NCBI GenBank assembly: GCA_947453645.1 | Contig: CANGHG010000005.1 | Coordinates: 6,496-38,495 of the forward strand | From: Comamonadaceae bacterium | Lineage (GTDB): Bacteria > Pseudomonadota > Gammaproteobacteria > Burkholderiales > Burkholderiaceae_C | DNA length: 32,000 nucleotides | Direction: 5' to 3' | Shown here: positions 1 through 9,598 of the stretch, piece after piece | Position numbering within the stretch: position 1 is the stretch's first letter | Layout of the letters: each line of letters opens with the position of its first letter | Translations under genes and position numbers: made by a program | The notes under the pieces: model-generated | What the model was told of the DNA's origin: nothing | Database searches by the model: none | The model's input: only the letters and a program-made list of their open reading frames with translations

Positions 1-230
1 ATGACGAAGCGCAAGTCGCGTTCGAGCGCTATTTGCACCTGCGCCGACAACAACCGCATTTCGCCAACGCCCGCAGTGTGCGCAACGCTTTAGAGCGCGC
101 CCGTTTGCGTCAAGCCAGCCGCCTTTTTGCCAACCCCGACAAAGTGTTGAGCGCGGATGACCTGAGCACCTTGAATGCCCAGGACATCTTGGCCAGCCGT
201 GTCTTTCAAACCAAACAGGTGAGTCCATGA
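1..230 (+). CDS. cbbX: CbbX (AAA+ red-type Rubisco activase), 3' end only; the gene begins upstream of the window
   Basis: Frame 3 is open from base 3 to the TGA at 228-230. The translation ...HFANARSVRNALERARLRQASRLF...DILASRVF matches the conserved CbbX C-terminus as I recall it. cbbY/F/P/A follow directly. Confidence 0.8.
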   Translation, partial: DEAQVAFERYLHLRRQQPHFANARSVRNALERARLRQASRLFANPDKVLSADDLSTLNAQDILASRVFQTKQVSP

Positions 231-949
231 GCAGCTTGAACGCCTTGATCTTTGATGTGGACGGTACCTTGGCCGACACCGAAAGCGCCCACATGGCGGC
301 TTTCAACCGGGCCTTTGCAGAAGAGGGTTTGGACTGGCATTGGGACTTGAAGCTTTACACCGAATTGCTGCAAATCTCGGGTGGCAAAGAACGCATGCTG
401 CACTACTGGAAGCAGCAACATCCGGACATGAAGGACATCGATGGCGGTGGTTTGCAAGACACCATCGAGCGGCTGCATGCCATCAAAACCGCGGCTTACG
501 AGAACGCGGTGCAACAAGGGCAGGTGCAATTACGCCCTGGTGTGTTGGCCATCATCCAGGCTGCCCATGCAGAAGGTTTGCGCTTGGCGATTGCCACCAC
601 CACCTCGCCAGTCAATATCGCGGTCTTGTTGCGCAGTGCCATTGGTCCCGACTGGAAAGACCTGTTCGCTGTCATCGAAGACGCGTCCACCGCGCCCAAG
701 AAAAAACCACATCCCCAGGTGTATCTGCAAACCCTCAGCCGCTTGGGCCTCCAGGCAGCAGACTGCTTGGCCTTTGAAGACTCTGCCAATGGCTTGAAAG
801 CCGCCACTGGCGCGGGCTTGGCGACCATCATCACGCCCAACAGCTTCACCCAGCACCACGACTTTGCAGGCGCTGCCCAGGTGCTGCCCGACTTGTCCTC
901 TGTGGACATTGCCCAATTGCGTGCTTGGCACGCCGCCTCTACAAAGTAA
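227..949 (+). CDS. cbbY: CbbY-type HAD-superfamily phosphatase (CbbY proteins are known as xylulose-1,5-bisphosphate phosphatases)
   Basis: The ATG at 227 overlaps the cbbX stop (ATGA). The N-terminal [11 protein letters not shown] is HAD motif I (DxDxT). 240 aa. Its position directly after cbbX matches cbb operons. Confidence 0.8.
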   Translation: MSSLNALIFDVDGTLADTESAHMAAFNRAFAEEGLDWHWDLKLYTELLQISGGKERMLHYWKQQHPDMKDIDGGGLQDTIERLHAIKTAAYENAVQQGQVQLRPGVLAIIQAAHAEGLRLAIATTTSPVNIAVLLRSAIGPDWKDLFAVIEDASTAPKKKPHPQVYLQTLSRLGLQAADCLAFEDSANGLKAATGAGLATIITPNSFTQHHDFAGAAQVLPDLSSVDIAQLRAWHAASTK

Positions 950-965
950 ACACCAGAGAACCGCC

Positions 966-2060
966 ATGACCTTGCGACACCGCACCACCCTGACCCAATA
1001 CCTGATCGAGGAGCGCCGTCGCTTCCCCGACTCCAAAGGCGACTTCAATGCGCTCATCTTGGATGTGGCGCTGGCCTGCAAAGCCATTGCCCGCGCGGTG
1101 GCCATGGGCGAGTTGGGCGGCTTGTACGGGGACCACGCCGCCGAAGCCGGTGGTGCCATCAATGTGCAGGGCGAAACCCAAAAGAAACTCGACGTGCTGA
1201 GCAACGATTTGTTCATCCGCATGAACGAGTGGGGCGGCCATTTGGCGGGCATGGCCTCCGAGGAGATGGACCACCCCTATCAAATCCCCAAGCCCCATCC
1301 GCGTGGCAAATACCTGCTGGTGTTTGACCCCTTGGACGGTTCGAGCAACATTGACGTGAACGTGTCGGTGGGCAGCATTTTTTCGGTGTTGCGTGCGCCG
1401 CAAGACGCGATAGACAGTGGCCGTGACTTGACCGAGCAAGACTTCTTGCAAGCAGGCGCCACCCAAGCCGCTGCGGGTTATGCCTTGTATGGCCCGACCA
1501 CCATGCTGGTGTTGACCGTGGGCAATGGGGTGTCGGGTTTCACCTTGGACCCCAATTTGGGCGAGTTCATGTTGACCCACCCCAAACTCAAGGTGCCTGA
1601 GGACACGCAAGAGTTCGCCATCAACGCCTCCAACAGCCGTTTTTGGGAGCCTCCCATCAAGCGTTATGTGGACGAGTGTTTGGCAGGCAAATCTGGCCCG
1701 CGCGGCAAAGACTTCAACATGCGCTGGATTGCCTCCATGGTGGCTGAAGCGCACCGTATTTTGATGCGCGGCGGCGTTTTCATGTACCCGCGCGACAACA
1801 AAGACCCGAGCAAGGCAGGCCGACTGCGCCTGCTGTACGAAGCCAACCCGATTGGCATGATCATGGAGCAAGCCGGTGGGCGCGCTAGCACCGGGCGTGA
1901 GGCCATGTTGTCGGTGGCGCCCAGTGGCTTGCACCAGCGCATTGGCTTGGTGTTTGGCTCGAAAAACGAGGTCGAACGCATCGAGCGTTACCACCATGAG
2001 CCCATTGAAAAAGAAAGCCACACGCCCTTGTTTGCAGAACGCACCTTGTTCCGCGATTGA
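966..2060 (+). CDS. cbbF: Class 1 fructose-1,6-/sedoheptulose-1,7-bisphosphatase
   Basis: Track ORF 864-2060 trimmed to the ATG at 966, 16 nt after the cbbY stop. Contains [14 protein letters not shown] and GGVFMYP motifs typical of class 1 FBPase. 364 aa. Confidence 0.88.
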   Translation: MTLRHRTTLTQYLIEERRRFPDSKGDFNALILDVALACKAIARAVAMGELGGLYGDHAAEAGGAINVQGETQKKLDVLSNDLFIRMNEWGGHLAGMASEEMDHPYQIPKPHPRGKYLLVFDPLDGSSNIDVNVSVGSIFSVLRAPQDAIDSGRDLTEQDFLQAGATQAAAGYALYGPTTMLVLTVGNGVSGFTLDPNLGEFMLTHPKLKVPEDTQEFAINASNSRFWEPPIKRYVDECLAGKSGPRGKDFNMRWIASMVAEAHRILMRGGVFMYPRDNKDPSKAGRLRLLYEANPIGMIMEQAGGRASTGREAMLSVAPSGLHQRIGLVFGSKNEVERIERYHHEPIEKESHTPLFAERTLFRD

Positions 2061-2080
2061 TTTTCTAGAAAGCCCCCACC

Positions 2081-2953
2081 ATGTCCGTCAAACACCCCAT
2101 CATCGCCATCACCGGTTCATCGGGCGCTGGCACCACCTCGGTGACCCGCACCTTTGAGAATATTTTTCGCCGAGAAAAAGTCACCGCCGCCATCATCGAA
2201 GGTGACAGCTTTCACCGCTACGACCGTTTGGAAATGCGCAAGAAAGCGGCCGAAGCTGAAAAGCAGGGTGACAAAAACTTCAGCCACTTTGGCCCGACCA
2301 CCAATTTGTTTTCTGAATTAGAAACCTTGTTCAAAAGCTATGGCGAAACCGGCACGGGCAAACGCCGCAAGTACTTGCATGACCACGAAGAGGCTGCGCC
2401 CTACAAACAAGAACCCGGCACTTTCACGCCTTGGGAAGACGTTCCCAAAGGCACCGATTTGTTGTTTTACGAAGGCTTGCATGGTGCGGTGGTGACCCCC
2501 GAGGTCAACATTGCCCAACACCCCGACTTGCTGATTGGCGTGGTGCCGGTTATCAATTTGGAGTGGATTCAAAAACTTTGGCGTGACAAGTCCAAGCGCG
2601 GTTATTCCACCGAGGCAGTGACCGACACCATCCTGCGCCGCATGCCCGACTATGTGAACTACATCTGCCCACAGTTCGCCCACACCCATGTGAACTTCCA
2701 ACGCGTGCCTTGTGTGGACACTTCCAATCCGTTCATTGCGCGTGAAATACCCGCACCCGACGAGAGCTTTGTGGTGATTCGCTTTGCCAACCCCAAGGGC
2801 ATCGACTTTCCTTACCTGCTCAACATGATTCACGACTCTTTCATGTCCCGTGCCAACACCGTGGTGGTGCCCGGCGGCAAGATGGAACTGGCCATGCAAC
2901 TCATCTTCACGCCCTTTGTCTGGCGCATGATGGAACGCCAGAAAAAGGCCTGA
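2081..2953 (+). CDS. cbbP: Phosphoribulokinase
   Basis: 290 aa. N-terminal P-loop IIAITGSSGAGTTSV. Length and sequence are typical of bacterial PRK, and it sits in a cbb context. Confidence 0.9.
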   Translation: MSVKHPIIAITGSSGAGTTSVTRTFENIFRREKVTAAIIEGDSFHRYDRLEMRKKAAEAEKQGDKNFSHFGPTTNLFSELETLFKSYGETGTGKRRKYLHDHEEAAPYKQEPGTFTPWEDVPKGTDLLFYEGLHGAVVTPEVNIAQHPDLLIGVVPVINLEWIQKLWRDKSKRGYSTEAVTDTILRRMPDYVNYICPQFAHTHVNFQRVPCVDTSNPFIAREIPAPDESFVVIRFANPKGIDFPYLLNMIHDSFMSRANTVVVPGGKMELAMQLIFTPFVWRMMERQKKA

Positions 2954-2986
2954 GGCCACCCCGCAACTTACCAACTGGAGAAATTC

Positions 2987-4024
2987 ATGGCCCTCGTTTC
3001 TTTGCGCCAAGTGCTGGACCACGCTGCCGAACACGGCTATGGCGTGCCCGCTTTCAATGTCAACAACCTCGAACAAGTGCAGGCCATCATGGAAGCCGCG
3101 CAAGAGACCCACAGCCCGGTCATCTTGCAAGCCTCGGCAGGTGCACGCAAGTACGCAGGTGAAGCCTATCTACGCCATTTGGTGTTGGCGGCCATCGAGT
3201 CGCACCCGGACATCCCCGTGGTGATGCACCAAGATCATGGCGTGTCTCCTGCGGTGTGTCAGCAGTCCATTCGCTCTGGTTTTTCCAGCGTGATGATGGA
3301 CGGCTCGCTCATGCAAGACGGCAAAACACCTTCGTCCTACGACTACAACATCGACGTCACACGCCGCGTGTGTGACATGGCGCATGCGGTGGGCGTGTCT
3401 GTGGAAGGCGAGTTGGGTTGTTTGGGCTCGCTGGAAACCGGTGAAGCTGGTGAAGAAGATGGCGTAGGTGCGGTGGGCAAGCTTACCCATGACATGCTGC
3501 TCACCGACCCCGTGCAAGCCAAGGACTTTGTGGAGCGCACCGGTGTGGACGCCTTGGCCATCGCCATTGGCACCAGCCATGGCGCTTACAAATTCACCCG
3601 CAAGCCCACGGGCGACATTTTGGCCATGGATCAAATCGTGGCGATTCACCAATCCATTCCCAATACCCATTTGGTCATGCATGGCTCCTCCAGCGTGCCC
3701 CAAGAGTGGTTGGCCATCATCCGTGAGTTTGGTGGCGACATCAAAGAAACCTATGGTGTTCCCGTGGAAGAAATTCAACGCGGCATTCGCTCGGGTGTGC
3801 GCAAGGTGAACATCGACACCGACATCCGCTTGGCCATGACCGGTGCGATGCGCCAAGCTTTTGCTCAAGACCGCAGCGAATTCGATCCACGCAAAGCCTT
3901 GATTGCAGCGCGTAAAGCTGCCAAGGGCATTTGCAAAGCGCGCTTTGAAGCCTTTGGTTGCGCCGGACACGCCCAGCAGATCAAACCAATTGCTTTGGAC
4001 ACCATGGCGGCGCGTTACAGCTGA
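2987..4024 (+). CDS. cbbA: Class II fructose-bisphosphate aldolase, Calvin-cycle copy
   Basis: 345 aa. Motifs [32 protein letters not shown] and [18 protein letters not shown] upstream. Paralogous to the fba at 11219-12283. Confidence 0.9.
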   Translation: MALVSLRQVLDHAAEHGYGVPAFNVNNLEQVQAIMEAAQETHSPVILQASAGARKYAGEAYLRHLVLAAIESHPDIPVVMHQDHGVSPAVCQQSIRSGFSSVMMDGSLMQDGKTPSSYDYNIDVTRRVCDMAHAVGVSVEGELGCLGSLETGEAGEEDGVGAVGKLTHDMLLTDPVQAKDFVERTGVDALAIAIGTSHGAYKFTRKPTGDILAMDQIVAIHQSIPNTHLVMHGSSSVPQEWLAIIREFGGDIKETYGVPVEEIQRGIRSGVRKVNIDTDIRLAMTGAMRQAFAQDRSEFDPRKALIAARKAAKGICKARFEAFGCAGHAQQIKPIALDTMAARYS

Positions 4025-4027
4025 ACT

Positions 4028-4087
4028 GTCATTGCTCGCTTTGTCATTGCTCGCTCCGTCATTGCGAGTTTTGTCATTGCGAGCGAA
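4028..4087. repeat. Four tandem 15-bp units with core GTCATTGC(T/G)(C/A)G
   Basis: The GTCATTGC core starts at 4028, 4043, 4058 and 4073 (exact 15-nt period), directly after the cbbA stop. Confidence 0.85.
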
Positions 4088-4357
4088 GCGAAGCAATCTT
4101 CCCTTGCCCACCACGCCGGGCTCGGTCGCCTCTCACCGCCGCGAAGCGGCAATGTTCGAGTCGGCCCGACCCGCCCTGTTGGTCAAGCTAGGCAGCAGAC
4201 ACTTCACGCCATCGCAGTGGGTCATTGACCGCACTGACACTTCACGCCGCCACAGAGGGTCGGATGCGTAGCGAACGTTGCCGCTGCGCGGCGGTGAGCG
4301 GCATTCGACCTTCTGTGGCGAGCAGGGATTGCTTCGGCCTGAAGGCCTCGCAATGAC
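4073..4357. repeat. Two inverted copies of a ~85-bp REP/MITE-like element flanking a ~110-bp core
   Basis: Left copy 4073-4158: GTCATTGCGAG...AAGCAATC...CTCACCGCCGCGAAGCGGCAATGTTCG. Right copy 4272-4357: CGAACGTTGCCGCTGCGCGGCGGTGAG...GATTGCTTCGG...CTCGCAATGAC, its near reverse complement. The core contains ACACTTCACGCC twice (about 4199 and 4237). Confidence 0.8.
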
Positions 4358-4363
4358 GAGGTA

Positions 4364-5248
4364 TCAATCCTCGGGCTTCTTCTGCAAGGCCAATTCATAC
4401 AAGCGGTTGCGTGGCGCACCGCTGATTTGTGCGGCCAAGCGGACTGCGCTTTTGGTGGGCAACTCGGTGAGCAGCAAGTCCAACACCCGTTCGGCTTCCA
4501 GCAGGTCTTGCTTCTCTTGCACCAGGGGATGAAGCACCAAGGCAAACTCGCCCTTGCTTCTCGGTGGCGAGGCATTGAGCCAACTCACCAACGCATTCGC
4601 AGGCATGAGCCCAACTTCCTCGAATTGCTTGGTGAGTTCGCGCCCCACCGTGAGCTGCCGCTCACCCAATACAGCTAAATCTTTGGCCACCGCTTCGATG
4701 CGGTGCGGCGCCTCTAAAAACACCTGGGCACGTGGTTCGGCCGCCATGGCCTGCACGGCGGTTTGACGTTCGCTGGACTTGCTGGGCAAAAACCCCAGAA
4801 ACACAAACTGTCCGTCCCCTGCACAGCCGCTGGCGCTCAGCACCGTGGTCACGCTGCTCGCCCCAGGAATCGGCATGACCCGCAAGCCCGCGGCTTGCAC
4901 CAAGGCCACCAATCGCGCCCCGGGGTCGCTGATCGCGGGCGTGCCTGCGTCACTCAAATAGACCACCCGCTGCCCTTGTTGCAACCGCAAAATCACATGC
5001 TCGGCGGCACTTGCCTCGTTGTGCTGATGCACTGCCAACCAAGCCGAAGCTGGTTTGTCCAGGCCGTAGTTGCGCAACAGGCTTTGGCTGTGTCGGGTGT
5101 CTTCGCAGGCCAGCACATCGGCCGTTTGCAGCAGGTGCAGAGCGCGCAAACCCATGTCGGCCAAATTGCCTATGGGTGTGGCCAAGACATACAAGCATCC
5201 GCCTGCGTGGTCTTGCCCGGCACTGGCGGCGTGAGCGGCGGCCAGCAC
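4364..5248 (-). CDS. rsmI: 16S rRNA (cytidine1402-2'-O)-methyltransferase RsmI
   Basis: Motifs LYVLATPIGNLADMGLRALHLL..ADVLACEDTRHSQSLL. Divergent from yraN, as in E. coli. Start uncertain: GTG 5248 is chosen because the track start at 5389 would overlap yraN by 120 nt; TTG 5269 is an alternative. Confidence 0.85.
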   Translation of the reverse strand: MLAAAHAASAGQDHAGGCLYVLATPIGNLADMGLRALHLLQTADVLACEDTRHSQSLLRNYGLDKPASAWLAVHQHNEASAAEHVILRLQQGQRVVYLSDAGTPAISDPGARLVALVQAAGLRVMPIPGASSVTTVLSASGCAGDGQFVFLGFLPSKSSERQTAVQAMAAEPRAQVFLEAPHRIEAVAKDLAVLGERQLTVGRELTKQFEEVGLMPANALVSWLNASPPRSKGEFALVLHPLVQEKQDLLEAERVLDLLLTELPTKSAVRLAAQISGAPRNRLYELALQKKPED

Positions 5249-5268
5249 GGTTTCAAAACGAGGATTCA

Positions 5269-5646
5269 ATGAACGCCTTTCAAAAGACTGAGGCCAGCAC
5301 CAAGCAAAGAGGCGATGCCGCTGAAGACCAAGCACTGGCCTTTTTGCAAGCGCGTGGGCTGCAACTGCTGGTGCGCAATTACCGCACACCAGGGCGCGGC
5401 GGCGGCGAGATAGACCTGATTGTGCGCGACCCCGAAGGCACGCTGGTCTTTGTCGAGGTCAGAAGCCGCGCCAATGCCCGTCACGGCGGGGCCTTGGCCA
5501 GCATCGGCGTGCAAAAGCAAAGGCGCATTCTGTTGGCTGCTCGCTTTTATTTGCACCGACTGCGAACATGGCCACCGTGCCGATTTGATGTGGTGGTGGT
5601 TGAGGCAGGTCAATTGCAGTGGATTCAAGCGGCGTTTTCGGCCTGA
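5269..5646 (+). CDS. yraN: YraN family (UPF0102) endonuclease-like protein
   Basis: Track ORF trimmed to the ATG at 5269. 125 aa. GEIDLIVRD....LVFVEVRSR core is typical of UPF0102. yraN-diaA-dolP synteny. Confidence 0.85.
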   Translation: MNAFQKTEASTKQRGDAAEDQALAFLQARGLQLLVRNYRTPGRGGGEIDLIVRDPEGTLVFVEVRSRANARHGGALASIGVQKQRRILLAARFYLHRLRTWPPCRFDVVVVEAGQLQWIQAAFSA

Positions 5647-5697
5647 AGGGCAAGACCTGCGTCAGCATCGGTCATGTGGCAAAGGTATGATGTTGTC

Positions 5698-6297
5698 ATG
5701 TTAGAGCAACGCATTGAACAGCAGTTCATCGACAGCGCCGACTTGAAATACCAAGCCGCGCAATCCTTAAGCAAACCCTTGGCGGCCGCTGTGCAAGCAC
5801 TGCTGGCCTGTGTCACCAGTGGTGGCAAGGTGCTGGCTTGTGGCAACGGCGGCTCGGCTGCCGATGCCCAGCATTTCGCCGCCGAGTTTGTCGGCCGTTT
5901 TGAGCGTGAACGCCCCGAGTTGGGCGCCATTGCACTCACCACCGACAGTTCCATCCTCACCGCCATCGCCAACGACTACAACTTCGACCAAATCTTCTCC
6001 AAGCAAGTTCGCGCATTGGGGCAGCCAGGGGACGTGTTGTTGGCCATTTCAACCAGCGGCAACTCGAGCAACATCCTCACCGCCATCGAGGCCGCCCACG
6101 AGCGTGACCTCACCGTCATCGCCCTCACCGGCAAAGGCGGCGGCAAGATCGGCCAAACATTGCGCGAAACCGATGTGCACATTTGTGTGCCGCATGACCG
6201 CACCGCACGTATTCAAGAGGTTCATTTGCTGGCGCTGCACTGCATGTGCGACGGCGTGGACAGTCAGTTGTTGGGCGAACAGGAGACCCCAGAATGA
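5698..6297 (+). CDS. diaA: SIS-domain protein, DiaA / phosphoheptose-isomerase family
   Basis: Motifs [21 protein letters not shown] and [14 protein letters not shown]. Start taken at MLEQRIEQ (ATG 5698); the ATG at 5674 is possible. Confidence 0.8.
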   Translation: MLEQRIEQQFIDSADLKYQAAQSLSKPLAAAVQALLACVTSGGKVLACGNGGSAADAQHFAAEFVGRFERERPELGAIALTTDSSILTAIANDYNFDQIFSKQVRALGQPGDVLLAISTSGNSSNILTAIEAAHERDLTVIALTGKGGGKIGQTLRETDVHICVPHDRTARIQEVHLLALHCMCDGVDSQLLGEQETPE

Positions 6298-6944
6298 AAT
6301 CAATCCACATGACCCGCTTGGCGGGCGCTTTGCTGATGTGCATGAGTTTGAACGCTTGCGCCCCGCTGATGGTGGCGGGCTTTGCCGGCACCGCCATGGT
6401 GGCCAGTGACAGGCGCACCTCTGGCACCCAGCTTGAAGACGAAACCATCGAATTGCGCGGCAGCGCTCGGGTGCGAGACGCCTTGGGTGAAAAAGCCCAT
6501 GTCAACATCACCAGCTTCAACCGCCAAGTGCTGATCACCGGCGAGGTGGCCAGCGAACGCGATCGTCAAACGGTGTATCAATTGGTGGAAAAGCTGGAGA
6601 ACGTGCGCAGCGTGGCCAATGAGTTGTCCATCACCCCCATCACCACGCTGAGCGAGCGCTCCAACGACTTGCTGATCACCGCCAAGGTCAAGGGCAGTTT
6701 GGTCGACAGCCGCGATTTGTTTGCCAATGCCTTCAAAGTCGTCACCGAGCGTGGCACGGTCTACCTGATGGGCCGCGTGACCCAACGCGAGGCCACCAGT
6801 GCCACCAACGTGATTCGGAATGTGAACGGCGTGAACAAAGTGGTGCGTTTGTTTGACATCATCAGCGAGGAAGAGTTGCGCAACCTGTTGCCACCCCCTC
6901 CCCCGCCAGAAAAACCCGCTGACGCCACCAAGACCAAACAGTGA
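6294..6944 (+). CDS. dolP: BON-domain outer-membrane lipoprotein (DolP/YraP/OsmY family)
   Basis: The ATG at 6294 overlaps the diaA stop (ATGA). Lipobox LNAC in [22 protein letters not shown]. Two BON-like halves. Pro-rich C-terminal tail PPPPPPEKP. Confidence 0.8.
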   Translation: MKSIHMTRLAGALLMCMSLNACAPLMVAGFAGTAMVASDRRTSGTQLEDETIELRGSARVRDALGEKAHVNITSFNRQVLITGEVASERDRQTVYQLVEKLENVRSVANELSITPITTLSERSNDLLITAKVKGSLVDSRDLFANAFKVVTERGTVYLMGRVTQREATSATNVIRNVNGVNKVVRLFDIISEEELRNLLPPPPPPEKPADATKTKQ

Positions 6945-7850
6945 TTAGCGCAAACGTTTGATCAGGCTGGAGGTGTCCAAGCGATGGCCGCCCATGGCTT
7001 GCACATCGGCGTAGAACTGATCGACCAAGGCGGTAACTGGCACCCGAGCGCCATTGCGCTTGGCCTCGTCAATGACCAGCCCCAGGTCTTTGCGCATCCA
7101 GTCCACTGCAAAGCCAAAGTCGAATTTGTCGGCCACCATGGTTTTGCCCCGGTTGTCCATTTGCCAGCTTTGCGCCGCACCTTTGCCGATGACCTCCAGC
7201 ACTTGTTCCATGTTCAGGCCTGCTTTCATGCCAAAGGCAATGCCCTCGGACAAGCCTTGCACCAAACCAGCGATGCACACCTGGTTGACCATTTTGGTGA
7301 GCTGGCCCGCGCCGCTCTCGCCCATCAAGGTGACCGCTTTTGAAAAGGCCATGGCCACGGGCTTCATGCGCTCGAATGCGGCGGACTCGCCGCCGCACAT
7401 GACGGTGAGTTGTCCGTTGATGGCACCCGCTTCACCACCCGACACAGGCGCATCGACAAAGTGCACACCCTTGGCCTTCGCGGCCGCAAACAACTCGCGG
7501 GCCACATTGGCCGAGGCGGTGGTGTGGTCCACCAATACAGCACCTGCTTTCATGTCAGCCAATGCCCCATCACTGCCCAGCATGACGGCGCGCAAATCGT
7601 CGTCATTGCCCACGCAGCAAAACACCATGTCGGCGCCTTGAGCGGCCAAGGCTGGCGTGGCAGCACTGTGCTGACCAGGGAACTCGGCGCACCAAGCCTG
7701 CGCCTTGGCGGGGTTGCGGTTGTAGACCGTGACCTGGTGACCTGCCAGTGCCAAATGGCCGGCCATGGGGTAGCCCATGACGCCCAGGCCGATGAAGGCG
7801 ACTTTGGTGGGCGTGGAGGCTTCGTAGGTTTTGGCGTTGGTGCGTGACAT
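6945..7850 (-). CDS. NAD(P)-dependent oxidoreductase, 3-hydroxyisobutyrate / beta-hydroxyacid dehydrogenase family
   Basis: 301 aa. Rossmann motif VAFIGLGVMGYPMAGHL. Family-typical length. Its stop abuts the dolP stop (TGATTA at 6942-6947). Confidence 0.8.
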   Translation of the reverse strand: MSRTNAKTYEASTPTKVAFIGLGVMGYPMAGHLALAGHQVTVYNRNPAKAQAWCAEFPGQHSAATPALAAQGADMVFCCVGNDDDLRAVMLGSDGALADMKAGAVLVDHTTASANVARELFAAAKAKGVHFVDAPVSGGEAGAINGQLTVMCGGESAAFERMKPVAMAFSKAVTLMGESGAGQLTKMVNQVCIAGLVQGLSEGIAFGMKAGLNMEQVLEVIGKGAAQSWQMDNRGKTMVADKFDFGFAVDWMRKDLGLVIDEAKRNGARVPVTALVDQFYADVQAMGGHRLDTSSLIKRLR

Positions 7851-7859
7851 GTGCGGCTT

Positions 7860-8882
7860 TCAAATGTGAGAAGGCTGAATCTTAGAGGCTTCGGCGGCAC
7901 TGATCAGACCTTGCGCCACCAGGCCACCCAAAGACTGAGCCAGCGTGTGCATGCCCTGTTGGGCGCCGGTTTGCAGCACATTGGGCAGTTGAGCGGTTTT
8001 GCTTTCTCGAATGAGGTTGCGCACGGCAGGCGTGGCGACCAGCGACTCGTGCGCCGCCACACGCCCTTGGCCATCGGCACGCCGACACAGGGTTTGGGTC
8101 AGCACCCCCACCAGAGACAGGCTGAGTTGCTGACGCACCAAGGCTTTGTCTTCACTGGGAAACACATCGATCAAGCGTTCCACCGCCTGCGTGGCGCTGC
8201 GGGTGTGTAGCGAGGCCAGCACCAAATGACCGGTTTCGGCGGCACTCAAGGCCAGGCGCACCGTGGGCAGGTCACGCAGCTCGCCCACCAAGATCACGTC
8301 CGGGTCTTGCCTCAGTGCGGCACGCAAGGCGGTTTCAAAGCTGGCACTGTGACCGGGCACGCTGCGCTGCTGTACCAAGCTGCGCTGGCTGGTGTGCACA
8401 AACTCGATCGGGTCTTCCAAGGTGAGGATGTGCAGCGCTTGGGTGGTGTTGAGGTGGTGCAGCAGGGCAGCCAAGGTGGTGGACTTGCCTGAACCTGTGG
8501 CACCTGTCACCAAAACAAGGCCGTGGGGATGGCGCACCCAATCCAGCAGCTGCGTTGGCGCCGCAATGGCCGCGAGCGTGGGCACCTGCGAGGGGATGAG
8601 CCGCCACACAGAGGACCAACCCCGTGCTTGGGCAAACACATTGACCCGACAGCGACCCAGTTCGGGCCAATCCACCGCGCAGTCGTGGTCTTGTGCATTG
8701 TTCCAGTCGGGCACAAAGCTGTGCAAGAGCTCACACAGTTGCGGCTGGGACAAGACCTGGGTTTGCAAGCTTTGCAACTCACCATGCACACGCGCCATGG
8801 GCGGCAGGCCTGCACTCAGGTGCAAGTCGGAAGCTTGAAGCTGATGGGCTTGTCTGAGCCAACGGTCAAGGGTGTGGGTCAT
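7860..8882 (-). CDS. pilT: Type IV pilus twitching-motility ATPase, PilT family
   Basis: 340 aa. Walker A GATGSGKSTT, plus LTLEDPIEF and ILVGELRD motifs. Divergent from yggS, as in pseudomonads. Confidence 0.88.
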   Translation of the reverse strand: MTHTLDRWLRQAHQLQASDLHLSAGLPPMARVHGELQSLQTQVLSQPQLCELLHSFVPDWNNAQDHDCAVDWPELGRCRVNVFAQARGWSSVWRLIPSQVPTLAAIAAPTQLLDWVRHPHGLVLVTGATGSGKSTTLAALLHHLNTTQALHILTLEDPIEFVHTSQRSLVQQRSVPGHSASFETALRAALRQDPDVILVGELRDLPTVRLALSAAETGHLVLASLHTRSATQAVERLIDVFPSEDKALVRQQLSLSLVGVLTQTLCRRADGQGRVAAHESLVATPAVRNLIRESKTAQLPNVLQTGAQQGMHTLAQSLGGLVAQGLISAAEASKIQPSHI

Positions 8883-8905
8883 GGGTCTGGGCTTGTTACA
8901 GTCTC

Positions 8906-9598
8906 ATGATGGATGAATTGGCCAAGCGTTATCAAGCGGTGCGTGAACGCATCACACAAGCGGCGTTGCAAGCAGGCCGCAGCCCCAGCGAGGTGCAATT
9001 GCTGGTGGTGTCCAAAACCTTTGGGCCAGACTTGGTGGCGCAAGTAGCGGCTTTGGGGCAGCGCGCCTTTGGTGAGAACTATGTGCAAGAGGCGGTGGAT
9101 AAAATCGCGGCCCTGCGCCATGTGCCTGGCTTGGTTTGGCATTGCATCGGCCCTTTGCAAAGCAACAAAACCCGCTTGGTGGCCGAGCACTTTGACTGGG
9201 TGCACAGCGTGGACCGCTTGAAAATTGCCCAGCGACTGAGCGAGCAACGGCCTGCGCATTTGCCCCCCCTCCATGTGTGTTTGCAAGTGAACATCGATGG
9301 AGGGGCCACCAAAGCTGGCGTGGCACCTGCTGAGACCCTCGCCTTGGCGCAAGCGGTGGCGGCGCTCCCGCACCTGTGCTTGCGCGGCCTCATGACCATC
9401 CCCGACCCCGTGGACGGCTTCGAGCAGCAAGTGGCGGTGCACCGCGAAGCACAGCGGTTGTTTGAAGCGCTGCAGGCGGCTTTGCACTGGCCTCAGTTCG
9501 ACACCTTGTCCATGGGCATGAGCGCCGACTTGGAAGCGGCGGTGCTGGCGGGCAGCAGCATGGTGCGGGTGGGGACGGCGGTGTTTGGGGCGCGCTAA
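8906..9598 (+). CDS. yggS: YggS-family pyridoxal-phosphate homeostasis protein
   Basis: 230 aa. LLVVSKT (PLP lysine context), FGENYVQE, SMGMSADLEAA and VRVGTAVFG motifs. Confidence 0.9.
   Translation: MMDELAKRYQAVRERITQAALQAGRSPSEVQLLVVSKTFGPDLVAQVAALGQRAFGENYVQEAVDKIAALRHVPGLVWHCIGPLQSNKTRLVAEHFDWVHSVDRLKIAQRLSEQRPAHLPPLHVCLQVNIDGGATKAGVAPAETLALAQAVAALPHLCLRGLMTIPDPVDGFEQQVAVHREAQRLFEALQAALHWPQFDTLSMGMSADLEAAVLAGSSMVRVGTAVFGAR

Noticed and set aside
939-2021. Long antisense 'shadow' ORFs opposite real genes. Examples: 939-2021(-), 2318-3130(-), 12282-13760(+), 15790-16995(+), 26467-27708(-), 29413-31131(+), 21491-22117(+), 22941-23711(+).
   Set aside because: Each lies opposite a gene with unmistakable family motifs. 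Their translations are low-complexity and rich in R, G, A, H and Q, with no recognisable motifs. That is the expected artefact of high G+C (few stop codons on the opposite strand).
4028-4087. The tandem 15-bp repeats were considered as a possible CRISPR array.
   Set aside because: The units are only 15 bp and directly abut with no unique spacers. They belong to a larger REP/MITE-like element, and no cas genes are present in the window.
3170-4114. ORFs 3170-4114(-) and 11180-12277(+) resemble each other, which could suggest a conserved antisense gene.
   Set aside because: They are the reverse strands of the two paralogous aldolase genes (cbbA and fba). Their similarity is simply inherited from the sense-strand paralogy.
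3903-4575. Track ORFs across the 4025-4363 repeat region (3903-4271+, 3958-4191+, 4222-4575-, 4278-4532+) were considered as candidate small proteins.
   Set aside because: They run through inverted and tandem repeats and give repeat-derived peptides (SLLALSLLAPSLRVLSLRAKRSNL). They have no RBS. The last two also overlap rsmI.
6942-6947. The convergent dolP and oxidoreductase genes have directly abutting stop codons (TGATTA), and rsmI/yraN have starts only ~20 nt apart.
   Set aside because: Compact junctions like these are common in streamlined high-GC chromosomes. No additional structure or motif was visible, so they are noted only as annotation detail.
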